Notes under the pieces: model-generated
Told to the model about the DNA's origin: nothing
Database searches by the model: none
What the model saw: the letters and a program-made list of their open reading frames with translations, nothing else
Assembly: GCA_951406725.2 (NCBI GenBank)
Contig: OX597820.1
Location: 45,942,001-46,006,000 of the forward strand
DNA: 64,000 nt
Source: Octopus vulgaris
Lineage: Eukaryota
Reading direction: 5' to 3'
In this document: positions 12,250 to 27,513 of the stretch, piece after piece
Numbering within the stretch: the stretch's first letter is position 1
Layout: each line of letters opens with the position of its first letter
Position numbers and translations under genes: made by a program

Positions 12250-13490
12250 ACCTTCTCCACTACTACCACCGCCGCTGCCGCAACCGCAACCGTCGCCGCC
12301 GCAACCGCCGCCGACGCAACCGCCGCCGACGCAACCGCCGCCGACGCTACTACAACCACCACCATTTTCACTACCACCCCAACTTTTACCCACTCCCCCA
12401 ATTTTCACTACCACTCACATTTCACCCCCACCCCCCACCACCACTACCACCCCCACATCCACCCACCCCACCACTGTGGTAATAATGATGTCACCTTCGA
12501 TACCTACATTCCATAGTAGATGTCAACAGTTACATTACATTTACCTTCAAACCATCAAAACATTTCACAGATAACCATGCATGCACGCAAAATGCTCCAA
12601 CACGCACGCACATACATACGCTCAGTAGATGTATCATACACAATACACATGTCACCATTCCTTAATACACAACACACAAAGACACGTACACACACATACA
12701 CTCACATAGCGCATACCCACCTTATATATGATTCAGACAGGAGCTATTAAGTGGTCCCTCAACATGCTAAAAATAACGGCGAAATTTCTCTTAAATTTTA
12801 TCTTAGGAAACGACTATGGCCATGTCAGGATACTGCCTCTGTATATAATCATATATATGATTTCGGTCGAGTCACAGGGTATACGCTGCTGCCGCCGCTG
12901 TGGCCACGGTCATCACACTAGTCGCCATTGCGCCATCGCCTTCGCCAACAGCACACAGCAGCACCAAAACCACCACCACCGCCACCGCCACCAGCAAATG
13001 CACCACCATTACCGCTGTTGCCATCACCAGTATTTTCTCCATCAGCACTAGAACTGGCACCAACACCAGCACCACCATCATCATCATCATCAGCAGCAGC
13101 ACCACCACCACCACCACCACCGCCACCAGCAAATACACCACCACCACCACCACCACAACCACAAACACCACCATTACCGCTGTTGCCATCACCAGCATTT
13201 TTACCACCAGCAACAGAACTGGCACCAACACCAACACCACCATCACCACCACCACCACCACCACCACCACCGTCGCCGCCGCTGCTGCCACCAGCATCAG
13301 CATCAGCAGCACTAGCAGCAGCACCACCACCACTATCACCACCACCACCACTATCACCACCACCACCACCAACACCAACACCACTGCCACCACCACCACC
13401 ACCACCACCACCAAACAACAACAACAACAACAACAACACCACTACCACCACCGTCAATAACAACAACCACAACACCCACAACAATGCCTC
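12250..13490. repeat. (CAC/CGC/CAA)n trinucleotide low-complexity tracts with an internal duplication
   Basis: Poly-CAC runs. caccattaccgctgttgccatcaccag occurs at about 13004 and 13169. Confidence 0.85.
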
Positions 13491-15913
13491 AGCAACAGTT
13501 GTGGCAAAGTCAACAAATCAAAAAAAAAAAATAGAGACATTTGTTTTAAGGCAGTCAACCGAATAATGAGTGACCGTTTTTTGTTTTTTTTTCCTTTCCG
13601 TACATGATAACTACAGCAATGACAACACAAAAGATAGGGTGAAGGATGAATGACAAAAAAGAAAAACAAAGAGATTAACTGATGACAACCGCCATTGTTA
13701 TAGTATCGTAAACCTGGTTAACTAATTCTTTATCTAGGTACAAGGCCAACAGTTTTGAGAGGAGGGGTTTTGCTGATACCATCGATGCTAATAAATGACT
13801 GGTGTTTTAAATTATCGATCCTGAAAGTATGAACAGCAAAGTCGATCTCGACAGGATTTGAACTCAGAACGTCCAGTCTTGGAATCGAAGCTGCGATCCT
13901 ACGACCGCGAGTCCACTGCCCTAACCACCGGGCCATTGCGCCTCTCTCTCTCTCTTTCTCTCTCTGTATATTTATATATATATATATAAAGCCTTATAAC
14001 ATATTCTATTCGTCATTTTTGCGGAATCACTAGATTACAGAGATGTAAACAAACCAACAGCGGTGTAGAGGGGGTGGACAAATGCAAACACAAATACACA
14101 CAAACACACGCACACCACACACATACACACACACGAATGTCCGTATGGATGGGTGGGTGGATGCATTTATATATATATAACGAACCGCTTCTTTCAATTT
14201 CCGTCTACCAAATCCACTGATAACACTCTGGTCGTCGGGAGGCTATAGTAGAAGACACGTTGTCGAAGGTGTCACGCAGTGGGACTGAACCCGGAGCCAT
14301 GTGATTGAGAAGTAAACTTCTTACTACACAGCCACGCCAGTGCCTAATATTTATTCCGATACCCGAACGGTTTTGCTAGTTCGCCACCTTACTCTGCTTA
14401 ATTAAACTTCTCTATTTTTGGCACAAGGCCAATGATTTTGGGGAGAGAGGAATTCAATTACATCGATCCCCGTGCTCAATTGGCGCTTAATTTTATCGAT
14501 CCAAACGGTTGAACGGTAAAGTCGACTTCATTGGCATTTGAACTCAGAACCTTGGTTAGTCTAATAAAGCATAAGGTCAACAATTTTTTCTCAAGGGTAG
14601 AAGGGTGGTTAATGAATTCCATCGACTCTCGTATTTAACTGATACATTATTTTATCGGCCTTGAAGGGACAAAATGCATAGTTAACTTCTGTTGTATTAG
14701 AACTCTGAATGTAAAGTAGAAATGGAGCAACCTTTCCGAGAAGCGGATCGCACGAGTCACAGCGCGTCAATCAGCGAGCCACGCTATTGCAAAAATTCAA
14801 GGTAATTTTTTGTTAGACGTGCTATTCAGAAAATTCTGCGGACCGTGGGTTGCCCGTGGCAGATGTATCGAGTCGGAACAGCTTCCACAAAGCATTTATT
14901 CCTTTCCTCTAACAATGTTACCAGCTGCTTTAACACGATTAAATAATGACAACTGCATTTGTTAGTACCAACCTAGGTTATTGCAAAATATATTTGTCTT
15001 TTCCTCGGTTAACTAGACATGTGAAGGTACCTGGTTTAGTGGCTAAGTATTCGGTCCTCGATCGTAAGGTCCTGAGTTCGATTCTTGGCCGTTCGTTGTG
15101 TCCTTCAGCAAGACAGTTTATTTCTCGTTGCTCCAGTCCACTGAGCTGGCAAAAATGAGTTGTACCTGTAATTCAAAGAGCCAGCCTTGTCACATTCAGT
15201 GTGTCACGCTGAATTTCGTTTAGAATTACGTTAAGGGTACGCGTGTCTGTGAGGTACGCGTGTCTTTGCGGGGTACGCATGTCTATGGAGTACGCATGTC
15301 TGTGGAGTGCTCAACCATCTACACGTTAATATCACGATCAGGCTGTTTGGTTGTTTGTATGAATGGGAAACCTAGTCGTAATGGACGGAAACCCAGGCCT
15401 ATCTAAAGACGTATTTCAGTAGTTCTAAAGTTAAATATTCTAGTAATATTATCCCACCCCCCATACACACGTACTCACACACATCTATGCGTAATAGTGT
15501 TACTCCAAGTAAACAAAGAGATACATGTATTTAATGACGTAAATTAACATGTTGATTGTTTCTTTACAGAGCATCTTAGAACTTGCTGTCTTTGATTTGA
15601 GTTAAAGGCGCACAGGCATATCAGATGCACTCCAATTACCGCAGCACATATTCAGTTTTTAGCGCGTTAAAGCATATAATATAGGTCCAAATTTAATTAT
15701 TGGATCGGGACTGATTTTCTTCTAAACCATTTGGGAATAAGAAGAAAAAAAAGTGCGTCATATTTGACGTCAAATATAGTAAAAAACGTCAACAAGAACA
15801 ACCGCAGCAATAACAATGGTGACAAAAGCTGCAGGAATGTCAACAGAAATTGTTACACACAGCACCGAGACAAAGAGATACGGAGTGAATGAGAAAGAGA
15901 CAATATGACAGAT

Positions 15914-15915
<2 letters not shown>

Positions 15916-15985
<70 letters not shown>

Positions 15986-16550
15986 TATATAGATGTGTGA
16001 ATTTTGTATGTATGTATGCATGTATGTATGTATGCATGAATGTATGTATGTATGTATGTATATATGTATGTGTGTATGTATGTATGTATGTGTGTATGTA
16101 TGTATGTGTGTGTGTATGTATGTATGTATGTATGTATGCATGCATGCATGTATGTATGTATATATGTATGTATGTGTGTATGTATGTATGTATGTATGTA
16201 TGTATGTATGTATGTATGTGTGTGTGTATGTATGTATGCATGCATGTATGTATGTATGTATGTATGTATGTGTGCATGTATGTATGTATGTATGTATGTG
16301 TGCATGTATGTGTGTATGTATGTATGTATGTATGTATGTATGTATGTATGTATGTATGTATGTATGTATGTATGTATGTATGGTTGTATGTATGGTTGTA
16401 TGTATGTATGTATGTATGTATGTGTGTGTATGTATGTATGTATGTATGTATGTATGTATGTATGTATGTATGTATGTATGTATGTATGTATGTATGTATG
16501 TATGTATGTATGTGTGTATATGTGTGTGCTGTGTATGAATGTATGTATGT
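15916..16550. repeat. (TA)n and (TATG)n microsatellite
   Basis: Directly visible. Confidence 0.95.
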
Positions 16551-17165
16551 AGGTTGATTGAAAGCTGTAAGCATGCAGTTCGGACCGTCAATAACACATG
16601 TCAATAGGCAGTGGGGAAAACACGCACGCAGGCATGCACACACACATGGAGAGAAAAGGAGAGAAAGAGAGAGAGACAGCGAGAGATAGAAAGGGGGAGA
16701 GAGGGAGAGAGAATGAGAACGAGAGTGATGCCGCCCAACAATGTCAGTTAAAACAGTGAAATATTTCTCAACTGTCAAATATCCACAACTATAACGCTAA
16801 CATAATACAAAATGTCTTCTTTACAGCTACTGATGCGTCATACATCACTCATAACAACATTTTACGTCATACTCACCATTGGTATTCTTATTGCTCATTA
16901 CATTGAATTGCTAATCATTTTGGCAACAATGATTAACAACAACAGCACCAGCAACATCATTAACAAAAAAACAAAAACAAAAGAACAGAGTGTGATTTTG
17001 ATGCTCGGTCAAATGTTTTGGGAGAGGAATGCAGTCGTCATTCTCTCAACTCTCCACCCAGAACCTGCCTAGGACTTTATTGTATCGAGCAAATCGAATG
17101 AAAAGTAAGATTCGTTTCGTTGAAATTTTGTACGGCGAATTAACGGTTCTGCGAGCTGGCCGCCT

Positions 17166-17188
17166 TAATAATAATAATAATAATGATG

Positions 17189-17252
<64 letters not shown>

Positions 17253-17266
17253 TAATAATAATAATG

Positions 17267-17315
<49 letters not shown>

Positions 17316-17373
17316 TAATAATAACAATAATAATGAAAATAATAATAATAATGATAATAATGATAATAATAAC

Positions 17374-17405
<32 letters not shown>

Positions 17406-17421
17406 TAATAATGATAATAAT
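17166..17421. repeat. (AAT)n microsatellite
   Basis: Directly visible. Confidence 0.95.
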
Positions 17422-17775
17422 GTTTTTTATTAATCACTAATGATTCGCAAACAAAAGCATTGGGAACGGTACAGGACAATACAACGTGGGGTTAAATAAA
17501 AGGCGTGTAAAAAGTGAAAAACTGTAATAACATAAAATTAGAACAATGAATAATTCACCAAATGAGGGAGACATCGTAGCGCTGCCCTTGGAAACCCCCC
17601 AAAACTACAGTAACCCTGCCCACTAGAGCACGTGCCCTCTCTACATTGTTCTTATTCAACCTACAGGCGCATGTTTAGAGTAGGTCCGTTCACTCGGACC
17701 ATTCTTGCAACATTCACCCACCTTTTGATGCTGCAGCTGATAATAATAATGATAGTAGTAGTAGTAGTAGCAATG

Positions 17776-17837
<62 letters not shown>

Positions 17838-17839
<2 letters not shown>

Positions 17840-18705
17840 TCCTTTCTACTATAGGCACAAGGCCTGAAATTTGGGGGAGTGGGCTAGTCGATTACATCGA
17901 CCCCAGTACTCAACTGGTACTTAATTTATCAACCTGAAAGGATGAAAGGCAAAGTCGACCTCGGCGGAATTTGAACTCAGAACGTAGTGGCAGACGAAAT
18001 ACCGCTAAGCATTTCACCCAACGCGCTAACGATTTTGTCAGCTCACCGCCTTTACTGATAATAATAATAATAATAATGGTTTCAAAGTTTGGCACCAGGT
18101 CAGCAATTTCAGGAGAAAGGGTAAGTTAATTACATCAACCCAAGCCTTTAACTGGTACTTATTTTATCGATCCCGAAAGGATGAAAGCAAAGTCGACTTC
18201 GACGGAATTTGAATTCATAACGTAAAGACGGACGAAATGCCGCTGTGCATTTTACCCGGTGTGTTAACGATTCTCTCAGCTTAACGCCTTGATTCGTAGT
18301 GGTTTTTAATTTTGGCACAAGACCAGCAATTTTAGGGGAAGGATAAGTAATCTACTTACGTCAACCCCAGTGCTCAACTAGTACTTTGCTTCATCGAGCC
18401 CGAAAGGGTGATTGGCAGAGTTCACCACAGTAGGATTTTCGCTAAGCATTGTGTTCGACGTGCTAACACGTTGTCCCAATTAATAATATTCGAGCTGGCA
18501 GAAACGTTAGCACGCCGGACAAAATGCTTAGCGGTATTTTGTCTGCCGCTGCGTTCTGAGTTCAAATTCCGCCGAGGTCGACTTTGCCTTTCATCCTTTC
18601 GGGGTCGATAAATTAAGTACCAGTTGTGTACTGGGGTCGATCTAATCGACTGGCTCCCCTCCCCCCAAATTTCAGGCCTTGTGCCTAGAGTAGAAAAGAA
18701 TATTA
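17838..18705. mobile_element. SINE cluster (GCCTTTCATCC core family), both orientations
   Basis: Minus copies at 17838-18052 and ~18075-18290; plus copy at 18492-18703. Confidence 0.85.
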
Positions 18706-19632
18706 TAGCCATTTATCTCGTTGGCACAAGGCATGCAATTTTTGGAAGTAAGTCGATCACATATGCTTCTGTATTTTATACTTTATTTTATGGAACACAG
18801 AAGGGTGCAAGGTAATATAAGCTTCGAAGAAATTTGGACCCCGAACGAAATTTGCATTTAACTCTACACTACGTAGTTTCTACAAAATTTTCTTTCCGCA
18901 TTCCTTTAATCATGCCGTTACGATTTCTGGGCAGAAAAAAATAACCCTAAAGACTACGATCCCTTCAACTTTACAAAGTGACAAGACTTGGCGTTTTCCT
19001 TTCAAATAACACTCAAGTTGAGTTCCAGAGTTAGATGCTTTCATGCCAATCCCTTTAATTCTCTCTTGCCCCATACAAATGACTCTAGAGAAAGAGTTTT
19101 CCATTCTGAAAAAGAGACACCTCTGCTTCATTGATAACAACAAGCCGTTCGCTCTTGTTTCCACCATTTCAGTAGTGATGGAAATAGACTTAAACAATTA
19201 TCTCCTTTAATCCCATGAAAAATTTCTCCATCATCAGAGACCTCCGTTCAGCCAGATAGATCTACCAGATACTTGGTCTTATGTCAGTTACCAGTGGTTT
19301 TGCGCATTTGTGAATTTCAGCGAAAGCATTGTTGTTGCAAGTGAGAGCAACAAAGCCTCCGATCGTATCTGGCACAAGAACCTCCTAGCTAAGTTACCTG
19401 CACCACGATTTCATCCATCTCTTATCTCCTGAATAAGATAACACCGTTATTGTGTATGCTGGGATTTTCTTAGATTTATACACTTTCAACTCTGTAATCT
19501 CTCTTTTCATATAATAGCAATCACCATTGAAACCGTTTGTGAATATGGTCCTGAAAAACTAATTAAGAATATAGATAAAGAAGATGATTGTAAGTACAAG
19601 AGCCACATAATTAATTAATGTATAGTTTTCAT

Positions 19633-19683
<51 letters not shown>

Positions 19684-19772
19684 AGGCTACTGGAGTTCAG
19701 AGATGAATGCAAAAATTATTATCGTTATTCTTACTACGTTTTGAATAAATAACAACAACAACAACGACAATG

Positions 19773-19830
<58 letters not shown>

Positions 19831-21875
19831 CAATGATTATGGTGGTGGTGATGATGATGATGACAAGAACACCACCACCACCACCACCACCAAGAATAAT
19901 AACAATAACAATAGCAGCAGTAACAGACAACAACTCCTCTCCCCGTCAACAACTCTTCCTCTCCCTCCTCTCCCCGTCCTCCTTTTACTCTCCCTTCTCT
20001 TTCTCCTCCCCTTCGTCGTTGTTGTCGTCATCGTCGTCTTCCTCCTCCTCGTCCTCCTCGTCCTCCTCCTATTGCTGCTATTGCTGTTGCTGCTGCTGCT
20101 GCTGTTGCTTAGTTGAAAAGAGGGGCATTAATTAAAAACACTAATCACATGTCTGATAAAGCAACACCAACCTTGAAGAGAGGAATATTAATTAAAAACG
20201 CTAATGGTATGATGTTAGATAAAGAAAGAGAGATAAGTGAATTAGACCAAACACAGTTGCAAATACTTCAGAAATAAAAGTAACGAAGAAGAATCAAAGA
20301 CACACACGAATCAAAACACAAACGGATCAAAGAAAATTCCAAGAGAGAATTTTATAGTCGCATTATATTGAAACTCAATACAAAGCTAATAGCAAACACT
20401 AACGTCATTGGATGCAAGTAAATGGAAACTCGCTACGGGCGAGCAGACAGAAGGAAAACCTTCAGCGGAAGAACTCACGTCAAGCACGTGTTTCGGTCCA
20501 TTAATTCCTGACACTCTAAGGCAGTCGAGTCCACTTACCTCATGACTCTCAGGTATCCTTTTGCTGTTTTGGAAATTCCACATTTAGTGGGGATTGAACT
20601 CGGAATCTTTGGTGATCTTATTTCCCTGAACTCTGGTGCACGAAGATCACCGCATATGGCTTGGCCACGAAGGTCATCATAAGAACTTGCTCTGTAGATC
20701 TATTTAAAATCGGGTTTCCCTGCTACTATGTTTAGCAGCTTGTAGTATTCATTTTCAGCTCTTGACCCATAGCCAAATTGAACTCTTCTCACTGTTCGTT
20801 TGCGATCTTTGACTCCGAGCTGACTAATATTTGACACAAAGAGGCCACGAAAAATCCGACAAACCAGACAAACCCTTGTGCGCAAATTATACCAACTCTC
20901 GTTTCAGCAATACGTTGTGATTATTAGATTATATAACATGTATATTTTTCAACTAGATAATTATAGGACTGAAAAATAAACAAAAACTTATTTGTATTTA
21001 GAATTGCCTCTGGTAAAATTAGACACTAAAATATATTTACCACAAATAGAATAAGGCAGGGACCTCCTGAAACTAAAAAAATATTATAAAGTATTAACTG
21101 TAAGGTATAAAAATTTACACAGACAGGGAAATTAAAGCAAATCGACCAGATATTTTTGTCTACAGAAATAATTCCTATCTCCAGTAGATAACATAATATC
21201 TCTAAAATAAATGGAAAAATTACCCTAAATTAAAGATATGGAACTAAAAATAGCCAGTGTATGGGAACTAAAAGTATAAATAATCCTCATAATAATTGGT
21301 GTCTTGGGAATGACTAAAAATGAAGCAGATAAATAGATAACCTAACAATATATATGTATATACACACACATATTTATATATTTTTATGTAAACATATTTA
21401 TTTGTATGTAAGCATACACGTGTATGCGCGCGCGCACACACACACACGCATACATATATGAATCTAAATCTAAATATATATACTCACAGATACGTACGTA
21501 CGCCATACACACATACGTACATACATGTACGTATGTGTGTGTATGCATGCATGTATGTATGTATGTATGTATGTATGTATGAATATGGCCTGGGACTATA
21601 CTGGTCGAAATCTACGAAAGTTTTCAAAGTTATATATATACAGATATATAAATAAAATAAATATAAGAGAGTGGTCACTATATTGATCACTCTAGCACCA
21701 GTTAATCCAAAAGGTTTCAACCACGAAAATACATGTTTCCCATGAAAGCCAGTACGACTGTTAGCTCACACGGACAGGGCAAATAAAAAATAACAAAAAT
21801 ACAGATTATTTTGGGACAATTGTTTCGCTATTAATGAATTAAATGTAATATTACTTACAATAATATATATATATA

Positions 21876-21992
<117 letters not shown>

Positions 21993-22033
21993 GTATATAT
22001 AACTGTAATATGTGACAATTATTCGGTAGCCAT

Positions 22034-22094
22034 GATAAAACTCCGAGTTTCGGATGCCGAGGTGGAAATCCACGCCGCCATCTCTTCAGTTATC
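22034..22094 (-). ncRNA. Hammerhead-like motif with extended stem II
   Basis: GAUAA-CUGAAGA-GAUG..GUGG(AUUU)CCAC..CAUC-C-GAAA-CUC-G-GAG-UU-UUAUC, located between (TA)n tracts. Confidence 0.65.
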
Positions 22095-22250
22095 CAGCCA
22101 TCGGCAAAATGCCTATTATGTAAATAGAAGAATAGTAATATATATATAACTTTGAAAACTGATAGGTTTCCGCCAGTGTCTTTATCGATTATAGCCTATT
22201 CCACGTTATATGCAACAGTGTACATGCAAATGTATTTAACGCGATATTTG

Positions 22251-22282
<32 letters not shown>

Positions 22283-22287
<5 letters not shown>

Positions 22288-22458
22288 CGTTAGCCACTAC
22301 ACACATTTTTTCTCTCCTTGTTTTCTGTGTCCCTTTTTGTAGAAGAGCGTAGGCTCGAAACGTAAAAGACTTTTTCTATTCCTGAGCGTTATACTAATAC
22401 ATCTGTTTGCTTTGTACACCACCTGTCTTCGTCTTTTGTTTTTTTTTTCGTAAACTCT

Positions 22459-22462
<4 letters not shown>
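22283..22462 (+). mobile_element. Solo PLE pseudo-LTR fragment related to the 30-35 kb element, with hammerhead-like motif 22333-22368
   Basis: tttttgtagaagagcgtaggctcgaaacgtaaaagac...cctgagcgttatactaatac...cacctgtcttcgtcttttg aligns to 35000-35190. Flanked by (TA)n. Confidence 0.8.
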
Positions 22463-22500
<38 letters not shown>

Positions 22501-22555
22501 GATATAGACATAGATATAGATATATATATACATATATATGTATGTATATATAAAT

Positions 22556-22593
<38 letters not shown>

Positions 22594-22935
22594 TATATAT
22601 ACACACACATACAAATATGGCGTTAAATACATTTGCTTTTACACTGTTGCATATAGCATGGAATAGGCTATAATCTATAAAGAGAACAAAACATATGTAA
22701 AAGAATATTAGGAAACAATATCAGTGATATTTTAAATATTCATTTCCTATAGATGTTTCAGTAATTCTTACGTTAAATTATAACAACAACCATGATTATA
22801 TAATTATACAATTATTTGAGTATCCGAGTCGTTAATAATGACGGAGTTATTGTTGTAAAATGTAAAAAGGCCCGAGGATGTAAATAAAAATACCAAAATA
22901 ATAGGAAAATAAAAGAAAATTATATTTCTATCTAT

Positions 22936-23271
22936 CTATCCGCTCAGTCGAAGTCGACTCTCGGTTACTCGATGGATCAGTGTCCTCCAGTCAGTTCTAT
23001 CCTGGGCCGCTTCTTTCAGATTGGCTATGTTCATTCCGGTATCACTCTTGATGGTGTCAAGCCAGCGGGTTCTTGGTCGGCCTCTTCCTCTCTTGCCACT
23101 GACCATTCTGAGCATGATGTCCTTCTCCAGGGATTTTCTCCGCATAATATGACCAAAATATGCCAATCTATGCTTGGTGATCCTAGCTTCTAGCGACATT
23201 TTTGGCCTGATCTGCTTAAGAACTTCTCCATTGGTGAGCCTCGCTGTCCATGGAATCCGTAAAAGTCTCAA
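22936..23271 (-). pseudogene. RTE-clade LINE 3' fragment (C-terminus of RT ORF)
   Basis: LLRIPWTARLTNGEVL..RLAYFGHIMRR..LEKDIM..GKRGRGRPRTRWLD is a typical RTE/BovB C-terminus. Followed by a short tagatag tail. Confidence 0.9.
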
Positions 23272-25820
23272 ATATTATACAGCTTTGATTATTTTTAATA
23301 TGTACAATACGTTGTAGCCAGTGATTCAATCGTTATTCTACATTGTTATTTTCTACAATAAATGTTCTCCCTAATTTCACAAACGTTGCACAAGTATGTT
23401 ATCAAAACTTCCAAAGTATATGCATATTTACACGTGGGTGCGTGATCTTACAAACAGGTTACAGCATTTTCTAAAGGTTTTCAAGGCACAGTAGGTTTAG
23501 TTTATGCAAAATTTGCTTATTTACAACATATTTGACACATTTCACTCAAATGCTACAATGTACATGATAAGCATTATTATTGACATTCACTGCAAAAGTT
23601 CCCGAAGAACAACATTTTTTGTATAGAAACGAGGCAGCACAAACCACCATGGCCTTCTGAATTTTCAATCTGTAATTCCACATTATTTGTTGTTTGTTCT
23701 GATAAAAAAAAAAAAAACATACAGGCGTAGGAGTGGCTGTGTGGTAAGTAGCTTGCTAACCACCCACATGGTTCCGGTTTCAGTCCCACTGCGTGGCATC
23801 TTGGGCAAGTGTCTTCTGCTATAGCCCCGGGCCGACCAATGCCTTGTGAGTGGATTTGGTAGACGGAAACTGAAAGAAGCCTGTCGTATATATGTATATA
23901 TATGTATATATGTGTATGTTTGTGTGTGTGTGTGTTTGTCCCCCTAGCATTGCTTGACAACCGATGCTGGTGTGTTTACGTCCCCGTCACTTAGCGGTTC
24001 GGCAAAAGAGACCGATAGAATAAGTACTGGGCTTACAAAGAATAAGTCCTGGGGGTCGATTTGCTCGACTAAAGGCGGTGCTCCAGCATGGCGGCAGTCA
24101 AAATGACTGAAACAACTAAAAGAGAGTAAATACATGTATGCAGTGAAAACACTATAAAAGGTAATAGTGGAATACAGGGGGATATATGAAGTAGATTAAT
24201 TAACAGGAAAATAAGCGTACATATAAATACATGTAGTTTATCAAATGTATGTTGATGACACATAATGTAATTTATATATTGATTAGATTTACCAATGAGG
24301 AAAAAAAAGAGAGAACATTAATTTGATCAACGTTTATGAACATATAAAGATTAACAGAGCATTATGACTCAGAGAAGAGAGCAGAATGAAGTCTCGAATA
24401 CAAAAAATAAACGGAACGACTCGAGTCCGTGTCGAATAATTTAGAACCTGTGTCGAATAATTTAAAACTTATGCCGAATGATTTAGAAAATAATCAATTA
24501 AGATGGGACAAATTCAACAGCCTCAAATGATTAAGTGTTACTCGCATAAGAAAGTATATAGGAATGGCTGTGTGGTAAGAAGGTTCGACACCACATAGTT
24601 CCGGCTTCAGTCCCACTGCGTGGTAACTTGGGTGTCTTCTACTATAGCAACGGGCTGACCAAAGCCTTGTGAGTGCATTTGGTAGACGGAAACTGAAAGA
24701 AGCCTGTCATATCCTTACATCTATTTTCCCCCTTCCCATCGCTTGACAACCGATGTTGGTGTGTTTACGACCCAGTAACTTAGCAGTTCGGCAAAAGCGA
24801 CCGATAGATTAAGTACTAGGCTGACAAAGAATAAGTGCTGGGATCGATTTGCTCGACTAAAGGCGGTGCTCCAGCATGGCCACAGTGTAATGACTGAAAT
24901 AAATAAAAGAGTAAAAGAATATAAATACACTTATTGTATTATATACAGGGACAAGAAATACATATTGATAGAAGAATATCAATGTGTGTGCGTGTGTGTG
25001 TGTGTGCGCGTGCGGGTATGTATGTATGTATGTATGTATGTATGTATGTATGTATGTATGTATGTGTGAGTGCGTGTATATATGTATGTTCTTTTTCTCT
25101 TTTTAATTTAGAATAAATTTTAATCGGTAATCAATTTCGTAGCAAGGTTATGAAGGAAAGCAATCATCCTTTAAGTCTTGCAGATTTTTATCATCCTATA
25201 TATTGAGATCATTTGTAGCGTATGAATTAAGGATTTACGTTCTCTCCACAAGATCCCAAGTTCAGCCACACTGTGCTCCAGACGGGTTGGGCGTATCCTG
25301 TTGCTCCAATAAATGCCTAATTTCTATGAGGGACAAATGAATTGAAAAGGTCAAAACTTTTCTGACATGATATGCTTCGTTTAATCTCGATATTTCAGCC
25401 TCCGGTTTGTGTGAGTGCTTATATGCATATATAGGTTGCATGTGTTTGAATATGAATGAATGAATGAATGTGTGTGTGTGTGTGTGTGTGTGTTGGTGGA
25501 TTGGTGTGTAAGTTAGATTGAAAATGGATGTCTTTGCTGTGTAAATATCCAAGACACCAAAAGTGAAATGGAAACGTTTTTCCCAAATTCTATCGTTACG
25601 TCAAAATCACTTATGACGTAATTACATATGTATAGTCTGTCTGTCTGTCTGTCTATCTATCAACATATTGAGTGAGTTGCTGTATCGCAGACTTTGACAT
25701 ATTTTCAGTTATTTTTTTTTCTATACAGCTGCATTAATCGTGGTTTCTGCAATCAGGGAGGACGAGGATCTTGGTTTTCTTGCTTCCGTACCTTTCTTCT
25801 CATTCCATTTTCTCCATAGT

Positions 25821-26200
25821 GGAGGCGCAATGGCCCAGTGGTTAGGGCAGCGGACTCGAGGTCGTAGGATCGCGGTTTCGATACCCAGACCGGGCGTTGT
25901 GGGTGTTTATTGAGCGAAAACACCTAAAGCTCCACGAGGCTCCGGCAGGGGATGATGGTGATCCCTGCTGTACTCTTTCACCACGACTTTCTCTCACTCT
26001 TACTTCCTGTTTCTGTTGTACCTGTATTTCAAAGGGCCGGCCTTGTCACTTTCAGTGTCACGCTGAATATCCCCGAGAACTACGTTAAGGGTACACATGT
26101 CTGTGGAGTGCTCAGCCACTTACACGTTAATTTCACGAGCAGGCTGTTCCGTTGATTCGGATCAACCGGAACCCTCATCGTCGTAACCGACGGAGTGCTT
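25821..26200 (+). mobile_element. tRNA(Arg-like)-derived SINE family 3
   Basis: Head ggaggcgcaatggcccagtggttagggcagcggactcg..gtttcgatacccag. The tail ttacgttaagggtac.cgtgtctgtggagtgctc is shared with 15030-15395 and 40555-40870(-). Confidence 0.8.
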
Positions 26201-26601
26201 CCATCCATTTTTTCCATAAACCTTCTTCGCGTTTCTCGTCCCGTTTTTTTTTCTTTTTTCTCACTGTCCAGCATCCAAGATTAAAAAATATAACTAACGC
26301 ATAAACATAACCTGAAACATTGCTTGGAGATACATGGCGTATGTTATAAAATTGCCTTTTTTAAGTATCATAAAAGTATGAAACCATTAGTAGCTCTTCC
26401 GATATATAATATAAATTGATATTTATGTCTTATTGGAAGGAGTACTTTTTTACTGATTCTACCTATATTAGATCTCTCACTCCTTCCCTCTTCCCCTGCC
26501 TCTGTCTCTGTCTGCCAGCCTGTCTTTTTGTCTGTCTGCCTGTTTGCCTGTCTGCCTGCCTGCCTGCCTGTCTGTCTGTCTGTCTGTCTGTCTGACTCTC
26601 T

Positions 26602-26653
<52 letters not shown>

Positions 26654-26665
26654 TTAATTATATAA

Positions 26666-27018
26666 TCTCTCTCTATATATAAACGGCATGTGTGACCTTT
26701 ATACACATCCACAATTTTTCAGTTAGAGGGCTCAAACTTTCTATGGTCATTCAAAACCGTCCAAGGGTGGTCGTGCACATCTTTACGTTTCCCCAGTCAC
26801 CCTGCAAAATCATTAAAAAATCAATAGAAGTGACTTTTTTGTGAATTTTCTATCCAAAACCCAATCAAAATGCTCAGAACTTGATACGCCAATTGAATGC
26901 CAGCTAGCTGTATGTGATTGGTCGGAGATTTGGACAGTACGTAGCTGTATATGCATGCACGTAGCTGTATATGCATGCACAACCACTATGATCCGGCGTT
27001 GCCGGGTCATAGTGCTAG
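26666..27018 (+). mobile_element. Non-autonomous Helitron
   Basis: 5' A|TC..tctatatataaa; 3' hairpin cactatgatccggc-gtt-gccgggtcatagtg immediately followed by CTAG|T. Confidence 0.75.
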
Positions 27019-27080
27019 TGTATTATAATGTATTAATATTAATATAAGTAGCTATTTGCGCAGTATTTCTTTCTTTCATT

Positions 27081-27118
<38 letters not shown>

Positions 27119-27268
27119 GCATATACATGTGTGTGTGTGTGTATAATATAAAGAATTAAAGAAAGAAAGAAAAGAGTATAGGCACGAAACGTAAATGACT
27201 TTCTGAATTTCCCGAGCGTCAAACGAATATACCTGCTTTGTTTTCTGTAAATTTCAACTCACCCCGAT

Positions 27269-27418
<150 letters not shown>

Positions 27419-27475
27419 TTCAACTCAACCCGATCGGATATATATATATATATATATATATACAGACAGACAGAC

Positions 27476-27513
<38 letters not shown>

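Noticed and set aside
12872-13566. Long Thr-, Pro-, Gly- or Val-rich ORFs (mucin/formin-like)
   Set aside because: Several frames on both strands are open because of (CAC)n repeats. No splice context or domain.
14725-14806. Possible host exon ending in AAG|GTAATT (other AG acceptors at ~15569 and ~25729)
   Set aside because: Splice-like signals only. No recognisable protein or consistent gene model.
15770-16778. 200-300 aa ORFs of YIHT/MYVC repeats
   Set aside because: Translations of the (TATG)n microsatellite.
20480-20555. Hammerhead-like GGU..ACC-GAAA-CACGUG on the minus strand (similar weak cases at ~35435 and ~41380-41430)
   Set aside because: The CUGANGA box is missing or corrupted and stem I is unclear; too weak to call.
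21060-21345. IIIGVLGM / IVGALGMIKKG (57340-57385) fragments resembling RLE-type LINE C-termini
   Set aside because: Too short and decayed to delimit or classify confidently.
25821-25895. tRNA-Arg-like gene
   Set aside because: Cloverleaf imperfect and continues into SINE body; it is a SINE head.
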